The translations under genes were made by a program, and so were the position numbers. Of a DNA stretch of 64,000 nt, positions 41,194 to 53,429 are shown piece after piece. Numbering within the stretch: the first letter of the stretch is position 1; the number at the start of each line of letters is the position of its first letter. Source of the DNA: Trichoplax adhaerens (lineage: Eukaryota > Animalia > Placozoa); NCBI RefSeq assembly GCF_000150275.1, contig NW_002060945.1, forward strand, positions 6,625,607 to 6,689,606. The letters are read 5' to 3'. The notes below the pieces were generated by a model. That model worked only from the letters and a program-made list of their open reading frames with translations, did not search any database and was not told where the DNA came from.

Positions 41194-43199
41194 ATGTATT
41201 CTGTAAAAGCTTGTACATTTTTGCTATTCATCGCGTGTACACTGATGCAAGCATCGGCCTTAAAAGTAGCATTAATGCCTATGATTGGAAGCAGCCACGT
41301 AGGCGTAATGGATATCATTACTCAACATTTTATTAAGAGAGGTCATGAGGTAAGAAATGGCTTGCAAAAACCCAACTGAAATAATGTAGCTTTAAAGGTA
41401 CTGGATATTACAAAATCAATCGAGTTATTGTTTTTCATGTCCTAGATTTTGCATATCTCATCATTTATTTCTAGGTTGCTAACTATTCCTAGTTAATTAA
41501 GCATACAGCATTGAGTTGACGAGAAATTTTTAACCTTTTTTATGAATGTTTCTTTCCTAAAAGTTATTGCAGCTTAGCTCAATTCGTTATCATGGCAGTA
41601 CAGCAGTTTACTCAATATTGCAATCTAAAGCAGTACAAAATTATATATTTTCTATTTTCCATGTCGTTTTGATAGGATCCGGTTCAATGTTAATTTTTGT
41701 TCATTTCTAATAGACAGTGACCATATTTCCTAATGATCCTGATCGAATAAAGTCGATAAAGCCATCACCGTTGGCATTGTATGAAGTTAGTAATCCAGTA
41801 ACGCGAGAAGATACGCAAAGAATGTATACAGCTAAACAGCCTTTTCGAATTTTTCAAGATATTTTCGAAATTCAACGTCGATATTGCGATGCTACGATCT
41901 CAAATAAAACTTTACTCGATTCCCTTCATGATGTCGATGTAGTTATATCCGACAGCTTGTATGCTTGCAGTGTGATCTTGCCTGAAATGATTAACAAGCC
42001 ATACATTCTTCTCTCCTTTACCGGCACTATAGTTGGTATTCATACATTTATGGGGGCTTATGCGCCTACAAGTTATATCCCAAGTGTTGCTCTACCAATT
42101 AATACAGCAACAATGACATTTTCACAACGTCTCCTAAACGTTGTTGCAGGCAATGCCTATGCAAATATTGTGCTATTCATGTCTTCGAAAATAATTAATG
42201 AATTAAGACGGAAGCATAATGTCAGCAATCATTTGAGCTTGTTTGAACTAAGAAGAAAATTTTCATTATTTTTATCGGCAAATGACTATTGCATCGAATA
42301 TCCTAGACCAGTGCCTCCATATATTAAACTTGTAGGACCAATTAGTGTTAAAGATGCTGTACCTCTACCACCAAACTTTGAAGAAATCATGCAAAATTCC
42401 CCAAATGGTTTGATACTGTTATCGTTTGGCAGTGAACTCCAACTAGGTGAGGAAAATTTACCCGAAATGATACAAGGTTTAGGCCAGTTACCATATAGAG
42501 TAATATGGAAAACGCATCAGAGTGTTGGTAATTTACCAGACAACGTTAAAGTGGTTAAGTGGATGCCCCAGAGCGATATCCTAGGACATAAGAACACGGT
42601 TGCACTGATTACTCATTGCGGAGCAAACAGTATGTATGAAGCCGCTTATCATGGAATTCCGGTCGTAGGAATGCCAGCTATGTTGGAACAGAAAGGAAAT
42701 GCTGTCAGAATAGCAACAGCAGGCTTTGGATTACGTGTTGATTTCTATTCGTTCAAAGCTAAAGACATTGTCAATGCTGTTACTGAAGTGACTAAAAATA
42801 AAAAGTAATGGCCTAGCCGATATATACGTATTACTATGTTGACTAGCTTTGTAAATTTAATTTTTCTCTGTGATGAATACTGGTACCGTTTTGATCGACT
42901 TCTTTTTTAACAAATATTATCCTGATTGCAGATACAAAGAAGCAGCAATCAAAATTTCTACGATCCTTAAGAGCAGGCGTCGGCCAGGAAAGGATGCTAT
43001 TGTCGACTGGACCGAATATGTCAAAGCAACTGATGGTGCTCATCATCTAAAAGTTCACGGCGAGACACTGTATTTTTACGAACTTTACAATTTAGACGTT
43101 CTCTTGCTTGTTGTTGTTTGTCTCTATGTAAGTTATCGAGTAGTATTAGGCTGTATGGGCATGTTGTGTGGTTCAACACCTAAACCTAAATCTGATTAG
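41194..43199 (+). CDS. UDP-glycosyltransferase, copy 9
   Basis: ACCGCCATG start. Exons 41194-41349, 41714-42804, 42932-43199. IGSSH, WMPQSDILGH..THCG, TM helix, C-terminal KPKSD. Confidence 0.93.
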
Positions 43200-44899
43200 T
43201 GAGAATCAACTATGGAATGGAAATCTAATCTTGGATACATCTGAACGACAATTTTGTCACCTGATTATCTTGTATCCTAATTCATCTATTCAATCGACCT
43301 TAATCATGATAAAGCTATTGCAACTTATTACCTCAGGAATGTTTCTGCTTATATTTAAAATAATCAGAAATTCGATTTGTAGTTCAAATTTGGAAAATAC
43401 GAATAGTTTGCTAAAGAAAGGTATATGTAGATAGTAATTGCTTTAATATCTTATCAACTATGAAATCTATTTCATGAACAACACCAACGAATATTGCTCA
43501 TAGCTATTTACTGTTTGTGTGTCGTTCTTATAACTTTTGCTTTATGCAAACGCATGAATCTGTGAAGGAAGAATGGAAATATAACTCATTAAATAATGAT
43601 TCCTTTGTTTTTTCTACCGAATCTATTGAGGATTTGCTTTGCAATACCAATCGAAAATATTGCTGATGTCGTACATACGAGTATGTGGTAAACTATTGCG
43701 ATAGTGGAACTGATGATGATAATAATGTTATTTAAGTAAGTGTTTTGCGTATTTATATTATTGCTGCAAATGTAGTGTCAAATAATATTGTATTGTCTTT
43801 GGAACATTTTATGTCAGAAACAATTGCATTCATTTTTGAACGGTAAGGAGAATTGCAAACGTTGTTGTTGATATCTTGCTATTAACTTTTCGTGTTGTCT
43901 ACATTACAATGCGTACGTGTACTGTATAGTAGTATGTTAGACCTATTATTTATGATAATTTTACACGATACATATTTATTCTACCATTGAACAGGAACTA
44001 ATTTACAGTTAGTAGCAAGCAAAATAACATTAACATTTATGTGCAGAACCTTTATGCACCAATTCCTCCACTTTTGGTCTATACAGTACTGTATTGTTGT
44101 AAAGATACTTCTCTTGCAATTATAATTAGCTATACGCATATTCAATAAAGATGAAATGAGGGAAATTCATTCCAGCCTTTCTGTCATCACCTGTATACTG
44201 AATGACATCCATCGATCCCACTCAAGACCAAACTAAGAATATCTTATCCTTTGCCAATATTTATTAGCAATGCAATAAAGTTTATCCATTATTATCAATT
44301 CCCACTGTTGTACATACTATACTCGCTCAAGCGGCTCAACGAACAATTAATTATTGCCAATTGATGATTAATTAAAGTCGCCGCTAAGATGCTCGTTTAT
44401 TCCTCCTTTCTTTATTTGCATACTCCTGATCGCATAGTACTGTATAGTTGATCATCTATTGGAGCAAATAGTAAAATATCGAGATTGTCTTACACCTAGA
44501 ATTTGCCCTTAGCTCCGATATTTTGAATATTAAGCCTCAGTCAGATCTGTAACGATTTAACCCTTTAATTAATTAAATAAAATCCGAACGATAAACAGAA
44601 TAGAAATATCCGTCCGTCTGCTGTCCTTTGTTTTATTGACTGAATACTGAATAGTGTGTACTGACCTGTACAGAATCCTCAGCGTTGTTACGGTCGTACG
44701 GACAGCGAACTGCATAGGGTACAAGCTCGTTACGGAGTCCCAGTACGCTACTGGGCCATATCATTTACTTTCCATCTGGATTTATATCTAAGTTTACTCA
44801 TAAACATGATAGCGTTACTACAGTACTATACGGTACCAGGTATCGGATGGAGTTCCAGTAAATGAGTCCATTAATGGCAATTGGTTGGAGTTAAGCAAC

Positions 44900-47800
44900 A
44901 TGGACGCAGATTGGGAGTCGTTGCTTTTACAAATCTATAATTTCCTAGACAATTTCAGAGACATAGCAAGTTCGCATATGGTCGATTTTTTTACTCATGA
45001 TCACTGGCAGACTAAATTAGACGATGCAATGGCAAGGCAATTGTTATTACTCAGTGACGAAGAATTGATTCAAATGCCTAGTGGGGTTTGGAAGCCAGCT
45101 CAGCATGTCTCTAGTCGATTGGATGATGTTGCATATCACGTAGCAAAATTTTCCTTATTAACAGTAATAAAAGACGATTACTATCATGAGATACAGCAAA
45201 AATTAGATTGTAAATTTATTAATCATTGCATGAAACCGAAGAAATGTCACGAAGTGGAACGCTTATCTTGTGCGATAGCAATGTTGTTGAAGCAACATCA
45301 TGTTTCCAAGGTCCGTTGTAGTTTATTGGTAATCGCGGCTATTGATATACGCTAATATATAATTGTTTATTTTCGGCTTTAATCAAGATATCCCTTGATC
45401 ATGATTAAAACATCGTTATTCTTTATCAGATATCGTTGATGGAAAAATTTTTAACTGTCAATTAGTAACATATTTGCATTCAAATGCAGTCAGTTCACAA
45501 ATCTTGCTATCTGTTGTCAAATGAGTGAATGAAGGACCGACCTACTTCTTCGGTAGTAAATTAAATTATACGCGTATATAATTATAATTACACTACACAA
45601 CAATTAATGAGTAATAAGAAAATGCTGTAATGATTTTACTTAGCCTCAATTTACTTATTGTTTAGTATTTCCGGTTCAAAATGTTAATGTGTCCCATGCT
45701 TACGACGATTATAGTACTTTCTAACTATAAAATAGTTTGTAGTAATTTAAAATTTATTATATCCATGAGTACATGCAATTAAGTTGTACTTATGATAGTC
45801 TTACTATAACAGTTGAAGTGACCATAAATGACAAAAGAAACATACAAGTAGATAAATCGTGGCTTTCTGCAACATCTGTATGATGAAACTTGTAATTTTC
45901 TTGAGCCCTAAGTTATGTATTGCATTTCTGACATCTCTGCATATTATACTTATTAGACAGACGCGATGTATTAAGGACATTATTATATAACTATCGAATT
46001 TTTATCTTATTTCTTTACAGGTATTAGATATTGGCAGTGGAAAAGGTTACCTTAGTGAATATATGGCTTTAAATTATAACGTGGAAGTATTAGGTATAGA
46101 TAACTTAGAAGAGCATACTGAGAGCGCTATGAAGAGAAATAAGAAACTATTAAAATTATGGCCGTCTATATCTCAGGCCAGTAATCCTTTAACGAAATCT
46201 TCAAACGGACCCAGCAATCCTGGTGAATAGTAACAGTATTGATTTTGTAACAGTGTTGATTGCACACGGTATTTTCGTTGGCCCTTCTGCATTGCTATTT
46301 TGTTACATTTTACGTACCTTAAATTGCTACTTACTTGTATATTCTATTGTAGACTCTCAAAAATAGTGATTTCAACTACAATTTATTGTTATGATTGGCA
46401 AACAAATTTTCAAGATTTATATAAGAACATTGAATCTGACTGTTTGTTATTTTTATATTATTTTCTAATAGGTAGCATGCGATTAAAAAATGAACGAAAA
46501 TCACTTAATTCCTTTATTCCAATTACTGCAACAGTCGACACAAACTCGTTACATACCAATTGGTTAATTGAGAACTTAGAAAAACATTCCAATGGAAAAT
46601 TTAAAGAACAAGATGTTAGCCGTACTATTAGCTATTTGAATAGAAATTTTCTTTTAATGTATAAATCAGTTATAATAGTAAGCTAAAATGCAATAATCAA
46701 TCTCTAATAACTTTTGCAGTTTCTTTGTCGTAGCCTACTGAGAACCTATGATGTAGATAATTTACTACAAATGCGCGTAGCATCTGCCTCAGTAATTTTT
46801 GCTGTAATTTAATCGCTAACAATTACAGTATATAGAAATTGATAAAATTTGGCTACATATTCTACAAGTGCCTTGTCCCTATTATGACACTTCCTAAATT
46901 GCGATTATTTCTGACATAACAGGAATTTTGTTTGGTTGGTTTACATGCTTGCGGTGGTCTATCGCCTACACTCTTACGTATGTTTACTGCTATCCCAAAT
47001 GCTAAAATTGTATGCAGTGTTGGATGTTGTTATCACCATTGCACTGAAGACATACCAGATGATGCAGGTTTGTTAAATACTGCATTTGTTTATTTTCATA
47101 TTATTTAATAATAGAGACAAACAAAATTTTAATTTTTGTAGGTATCCAAGAGCATGAGGTAACTAACTTCCCAATGAGTCAAGTTCTTATTCAAAAGAAG
47201 GCTAAACTTGGTAGAAATATGCGCATGGTAGCAAGCCAAGTAAGATTGTCTAAACATTCTGAGCCGGATCAAAGTTTTTCATTATTATATAATAATAATA
47301 CAGATCGACTATTTCGCTAGCCAAAGTAACTTCTTCCTTTTATGGAAAGGATAGCTACACTTTAGAAGATATAAATTTAAAGAAGTATCTCGTTAATCTG
47401 GTTTTTAGTTGTATACACATAATTAACATTGGTTAAAGTTAATATTCAGTAATATTTTATCACATTTACTCCCAACTATACAAGGCTACAAGCAGAATGG
47501 CAGAGTTAAAAGAGGTAAATTTTAGTATCATACCGAAATTGTTATTTATAAATCAACCATGATTATCTAAAATTTGCTCATTTTTTTATGCCCCTCTCAA
47601 TGCAGATTCCGGGTTACTCCTTGTTTTGGAGGGCACTGCTACAAGTAATCAGTGATATTTAAATTATCATAAAGTCCCTTGATATATTGTTATCAATGCA
47701 GATTTGCTACTTTTATGGTCCTACATGATTTATTGCATTAGTAATTTCTACGTATTATCTAGGTTATCTTAAAGGAAAAATATGGCCAAGACCACAGGTA

Positions 47801-48924
47801 AGCTGCTTTATATTTCTGTTTTCTTCTAGTTCATAGCGTTGAGTAAAAATTGAATTTAATATTTTAAAGATCAATAAAATAGTTCATGCTTTGATTTCTT
47901 TGCACTCATTCCGACGTGTAAAATGTAGAGACTGTCATGTTGGGAAAATAGCCGTAAAGTGTAAGTCGTTTACCTCGTACGTCAGACGTGCATTAAAGAA
48001 ATTTGGTCTAAGTAATGAAGAGGTAATTACACTTACTCTGAATGCTTGGTGAAATAATTTAGGTGCAGTGGTTGCAAGTTACTCAATGATTTATTATTCC
48101 ATGTAATCTATAGATACTGATTTGATTTAAGTAAAGAAGTATTGCCACAAATAAGATAAAATAAATTTAGCCGTTGCAAGTCTCAACTCTTAATCTATTT
48201 ATTTGATGGTTATATTGTATATCGTACCTAACATTTGTTCCAGATATCAGATGAGGAAATTTTAAGCTATTACAACGCTTATCATTGGCAAGAAAGACAT
48301 ATTCTAGCTTTCAGTGTGGTAATCACTCAATTGTCGAATAATATTAATAAACTATTGATGGAAATTAATGCTAAAATTCAATATTGCTGTCCCATTTTAA
48401 AATAGCTACGTTTAACCTTTGCTCAATGTATTGAAAGCCTGATACTAATCGACCGCCTTCAGTTCTTAATAGATCAGGTAAGAAATTAACTCTCTGATTT
48501 TAAGCCTGTTTAAAACAACTAGAAGCGTATCGCTAATTGTTTGGGAACTGCTGTATGTATAAAATTTTTACATATTAAGCAATTTCTGAGTTTATTAACA
48601 TTCTCTGGAAGTGGAATTTACTCATTGAAAATCATCAGTTTTGTAGTCCTATCATACTATAATAACATTCTCAATATCAGATGAATATTTTGGAAAATGT
48701 TCAACATTATTGCTGCCATAGTTAGTATATTAATCATCGGAATTTGCAAGTAATATCATGACAACACATATAAGTAAGTGAATCAAATTTGCGAATTTTA
48801 TGTTTACAAAATATTTCTGTGATTTGGCTACTTTGGTTAGGGTTATGGTGATAGAGCAAGAATTGTGCGAGTATTCGATCCAGTCATATCTCCTCGCTGT
48901 TATGCCATCATGGCTACAAGATGA
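44900..48924 (+). CDS. METTL25: Methyltransferase-like protein 25 (class I SAM-dependent methyltransferase)
   Basis: Twelve exons: 44900-45310, 46021-46222, 46472-46614, 46923-47067, 47142-47239, 47485-47514, 47606-47644, 47763-47797, 47929-48022, 48244-48318, 48406-48477, 48841-48924. Motifs MKPKKCHEV, VLDIGSGKGYL, GLHACG.L, VGCCYH, FPMS, HVGKI..KC.SF..YVRR.LKK.GL and FDPVISPRCYA. Confidence 0.88.
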
Positions 48925-49474
48925 TCTACATCTTGGCATTGTATTTTTGTACATAGTATAACAATGATTACATTTATAGCGTCAATATATACAAAAGATA
49001 AACAGTATTTATACGTATATACAAACAATTCCTTACAATAATGACGTTATGAATTCATTTTACGATCAGATATACGAGCTGAAAGATAGTAGTAAAATAA
49101 TGTAGTTCTATCTTCAAGGCTATATTGCTAAGAAAAATTCCTATACAATACGGTTCATCTATTTTAGCACAGAAGTAATGGAACAGCACTATATTGTAAT
49201 CCGCGTACTGCAAGCGTAGATGGAACTCATGATGGAAGTAAGGATCATGTCTATGTGCATGATGTAACTTGTCCACAAGCTTGTCAATTCATTTTTGTAA
49301 AATTATTACTGGACTACAGACTATTACAATACAACAATATGATGTTGATTGATTTTGGCACACCTCGATCCATGTTGAAGTCAAGTTACATACTGTCTAA
49401 TAACATTGTAGGTGTTATTTGACTCATTTCCACATTATACAGTAATATTAATGAATAATAAAAGTGTCCAAGGT

Positions 49475-50053
49475 TCAATTGGATGCTTTAATCTTGGTTT
49501 GTGAGTCAGCACGTACTGGTGATAATCGAGGACCGTAATAATTCATCTGATAGAATGAACCATCCGCCGGGCCTACGACTTGTGTTGCTATTAGGATTAC
49601 ATCGAGTAATTGGCCAACCATAAAAAAACCAAAGGTAGACAACTTGAGTAAGCCCAAAGCTGGGTAACCAAGGTAAAATCGATCGGCACCAAACATACCC
49701 AGAAAGACAGATAAAGAAAGGGCAACTTGAAACGAATAGCCATTACTATAATGGCAGAATTCTTCTCGAGTAAAAGCGTACGTTAAACCATCGAATACTT
49801 TGCCATCACAAACAACACCGGCAATGGGCGAACAGTTGACGGTGACCGTGTTATTGTGGGTACAATTCGTGACAGTTTGAGTGCTGGTATTGACGGTGGC
49901 TTTTTCACATACATATTTGCCAACAGGCAATTGACTGCATCTTCCACTACCGTAGTCAACAGACGAAGTTGTCGCTGTAACCAGAGTGATTAAAATCAAA
50001 AGGCCATAAGTTAAAGCTGCTATCACTACCGTCTGAAATAAAGAGCGTGTCAT
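49475..50053 (-). CDS. TM2D1: TM2 domain-containing protein 1 (intronless, 192 aa)
   Basis: Signal peptide, Cys-rich ectodomain and TM2 domain NGYSFQVALSLSVFLGMFGADRFYLGYPALGLLK..GPADGS.Y...YYG.RL, which matches the TM2D1/BBP pattern. Confidence 0.88.
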   Translation of the reverse strand: MTRSLFQTVVIAALTYGLLILITLVTATTSSVDYGSGRCSQLPVGKYVCEKATVNTSTQTVTNCTHNNTVTVNCSPIAGVVCDGKVFDGLTYAFTREEFCHYSNGYSFQVALSLSVFLGMFGADRFYLGYPALGLLKLSTFGFFMVGQLLDVILIATQVVGPADGSFYQMNYYGPRLSPVRADSQTKIKASN

Positions 50054-50090
50054 TTTTCGGTTGATATCGGCGATACTATTCTAAGTTCTA

Positions 50091-51370
50091 GTCGATTGGG
50101 TCCATGTATTCTATCAATTGACATTGGCCACCACATTTGATGGCGAGACGAAGTAAATTTACTCCGACAGGTTCCGTACCAGTGGTGCTAGTACCGACTG
50201 CAGTGTTTCTCCTCGTTTCTACAGTACCTGGTGGTAGCGACGGTCTACAGTACAGTACTGTAAGAAGTGATTTCACTTTGAAATACAGTACTGTACTGTA
50301 CTGCAGTGTTTCTCCTCGTTTCTACAGTACCTGGTGGTAGCGGCGGTCTACAGTACTGTACTGTACGGTAAGAAGTGATTCCACTTTGAAATACAGTACT
50401 GTACTGTAGTTCATCAGATGTTGCCGTACAGTATACAGTACAGTAAGTTGTTATCCATGTACAGTATTCTATCAATTGACTTTGGCCACCACAGTTGATG
50501 GTGAGGCGAAGTAAACACCGACAGGTTCCGTGCCAGTGGTGCTAGTACCGACTGCAGTGTTTCTCCTCGTTTCTATAGTACCTGGTGGTAGCTACGGTCT
50601 ACAGAACTGTAAGAAGTGATTCCACTTTGAAATACAGTACGTACACTTGTACAGTACAGTAAGTTGTTGTCTATTGGGTTCATGTATTCTATCAATTGAC
50701 ATTGGCCACCACAGTTGATGGCGAGGCGAAGAAAACACCGACAGGTTCCGTACCAGTGGTGCTAGTTAGTACTGTGGACGTTAGCCAGTTTTAATGAACG
50801 AACGTACAGTACTGTACGAACGTCCAATTTGAACGTCGGACGTTCATTGAACGTACCAACGTACACAGTGTACAGTGTTAACACTACAGTATATACATAG
50901 TATACTGTACACTGTACAGTACAGTACGGTATAAGACTATACAGTACTATACACTGTACATACAGTAGTACGTAACAGCGTACAGTATACAGTACTGTAG
51001 TCATGACTCTGAAATACAAAGTGTTGTAAAAGACGTTTGTACTACTGTACTGTACTGTACAGTACAGTGTACAGTATGTATAGTATTGGGGTGGGATTAT
51101 ACAAACTGACTGTATACACTGTACTGTACACTGTACACTGTACAGTACAGTTCGTCGACGTCCGATCTGACAACGAACGTACAGTACAGTACATACCGAA
51201 CGTCCAAAATCGAACGTCCGTTGGACGTCCAATCGCTCGACGTCTACAGCACTAGTGCTAGTACCGACTGCAGTGTTTCTCCTCGTTTCTACAGTACCTG
51301 GTAGTAGCTACGGTCTACAGTACAGTACTGTACTGTAAGAAGTGATTCCACTTTGAAATACAGTACTGTA
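50091..51370. repeat. Tandem amplification of an approximately 200-225-bp unit immediately upstream of TM2D1 (3 copies plus a 103-bp partial duplication)
   Basis: CATGTATTCTATCAATTGAC.TTGGCCACCACA.TTGATGG..CCGACAGGTTCCG..CTGCAGTGTTTCTCCTCGTTTCT recurs at about 50102, 50455 and 50680. An internal duplication spans 50198/50301. The third copy is split by the MITE. Confidence 0.92.
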
Positions 51371-51905
51371 CTACAGTACAGTATAGTAGGACACTACCGT
51401 ACAGAACTGTACTGTACTGTACTGTAAATTTAAATTACATATTCGCATAAAGCATCTTATTTCCAATCAAATGATACCAAATTTGTGTAACAAGGACTTG
51501 AAATTATAATTTCAAGTCATTTCAAACAGTGAGAAAGACTTACTGTACAGTATGAGACACCCTCAGTACAGTACAGTATGATTGTACTGTACACTGTACA
51601 ATGTACAGCACTGTACTGTACTGTACTTTACGTCATCACGACCTGTGATCACTACAATACTGTACACTACACTGTAAACTGTGGTTCGTACTGTATCTCT
51701 GTCAGAGAACGAAGAGAACCTGCAATGGGTAGTGGTCGCACTGTATTCAACATTTTTCCACACGACCGACTGTACTGTACCCTACAGTCTCTCCATTGAA
51801 AATGTCACCTCCGTGCGGTTTGCACTGTACAGACAATCAACTGTACACACTGTACAGTGTACTGTAGACTACGGTACTTTGTAGTCATTGTTGGAAAGTA
51901 CTGTA
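50226..51905. repeat. Dense field of TA(CAG/CTG)TA pentamer arrays, probable stacked Tc1/mariner excision footprints
   Basis: Dozens of TACAGTA/TACTGTA units in mixed orientation. Homologous positions in the repeat copies differ by exact multiples of 5 bp. Confidence 0.7.
50767..51254. mobile_element. Non-autonomous hAT-type MITE (488 bp)
   Basis: 8-bp TSD GTGCTAGT at 50759-50766 and 51255-51262. The empty site CCAGTG-GTGCTAGT-ACCGACTG is seen in sister repeat copies. TIRs TAGTACTGTGGACGT / TAGTGCTGTAGACGT match 13/15, and GAACGT/ACGTCC subterminal repeats occur at both ends. Confidence 0.88.
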
Positions 51906-52329
51906 GGAGCCATAGACAATAGCATTTACACGACGCCACACCGCCATTCTTTTGTCGGATTGGGTCCAATTTTTTTGGCGCTGTCTGTACTGTAGACCTG
52001 CAGTGGCTCTACTCGTACCACAGTTGATTGCGACCCGACCATACTGTTCAATACAATACTCTGCAAGTTAGGTTGCGCTCATGCCATGCAAGAAAGCAAT
52101 CATCCCTTTTCCCATGTCAGCGCATGTTGAGTGGTCGGTTAAAAATAGAAACTTCGTTGGTGAGGCTGCATTGAACGGTGAAGCGCAAACTGGACGACAC
52201 TAAAAAAGACTCTACTATAAACAGGTCGGGAGCAAATTCATTACCTTATCTACTTCTAAATATAGATACTACCCCATCATCTATATACATAGAGATGATG
52301 ATATTTATATGCACTTTCATTTTGTAAAT

Positions 52330-53020
52330 GTTTTGAACTTTTTCTACAACATAGCGTTGAAACAATCTCCTTGCCAATGAAACATAATGCTCTATTTTTC
52401 ATCTTATTCTACTGTAGTGGTTTTGTGATTCTCTTGTCAACATGATTGAGATGTTGTTGTCATCACCATGGTCCACTTTTTTTTTTTCTACGTTACTTCT
52501 CCAGTAGTGACGATCTTTTAAATCATGTTGGAAATTTTTTCTATTTCAATCGTATTGGATATCATCCACGCTTCAATTAACTTGAGCAAATGTAGTAAGC
52601 GCCATCATCCTGTTTTCAATGGCACGATCTCACCTATTTTGATCAACCATGGATAAAAAAATTAGACTTTTGACTGACTTGAACCACATTGCAGTACCCT
52701 TCGAACTTAGGTGTATACTGTAGTACAGGCCTAGAGACGCGTCTGTGCGTACTTATCAACTCATCATCAAACTGTCGGACGTTGCCGGTCATCTTTGATA
52801 CTAGTCTATAGTGGACTTCCGAAATCCAACTTACAACTTGGAAAATCATCGGAGAAAAAAAAATCCATTTTGAATTGGCTTTCTTTTCCTCTAGACATGG
52901 TGTGATGGATGTCCTTAGCAGCAGAATTGTGCCATTGTACCTTAATAAGTGTAAACGCAACCAAGTTATCCTGGAGGTTAGGGCAAATCGGTTGACCTGT
53001 ACACAGATTACTTCCACACC
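52330..53020 (+). mobile_element. Decayed piggyBac-like (PGBD4/DDE_Tnp_1_7) transposase relic
   Basis: Collinear frameshifted motifs in piggyBac order: FELFL..ANET.N (52332-52390), WST, FD...KIRLLTDLN (52658-52684), Y.P..IK..GR, TYNLE (52829-52843), LSSRIV (52914) and GKSVDLYTDYFHT (52982-53020). Confidence 0.55.
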
Positions 53021-53429
53021 AAGAAGATCAACCCCAATACTATTGAAACTACTCTTTCCCATAGCTATCCCAAAAGGAAAAGATTTTTTGCCCTAATGAT
53101 AAACAGTAGACTCCCTTACACGATAGCAGTCGATACAAAAAAAAAGGACAAGATCAATTCGAAAGTTACGTTACTAAATCATGTCCAGGACGTCAATTGT
53201 AACCCCTAGACGCTGCAACTTTGATCGGATGGTCACTAGGACTATCGGATATACAAATACACTAGATACACGATGGGAAAGAACGTCGGTGCATCAATCG
53301 TGAACTTACAGTCTTGGCCTATCCAGTCGACATTAAGCGATATAGTCATATATATATATATATCAGTCATACTATGCAAGATATTGTTTGTACCCGTTGT
53401 TTATTCCAACCATGTTACGTTATTGTAGA

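Noticed and set aside
1-43199. UGT1A-style variable first exons spliced to shared constant exons
   Set aside because: Each copy has its own three exons and orientations alternate; the orphan exon 1 at about 32.1 kb has lost its donor site.
44557-44566. TTAACCCTTT as a piggyBac terminus
   Set aside because: No matching opposite end was found, and it is too short to be significant in AT-rich DNA.
50088-51884. ORFs rich in YSTV/TVLYC (for example 50762-51232, 156 aa)
   Set aside because: They are translations of TACAG/TACTG pentamer arrays and a MITE; indels between copies are 5 bp and break the frame.
52643-53062. 139-aa minus-strand ORF as a gene
   Set aside because: No recognisable motif; it lies antisense to the piggyBac-like relic.
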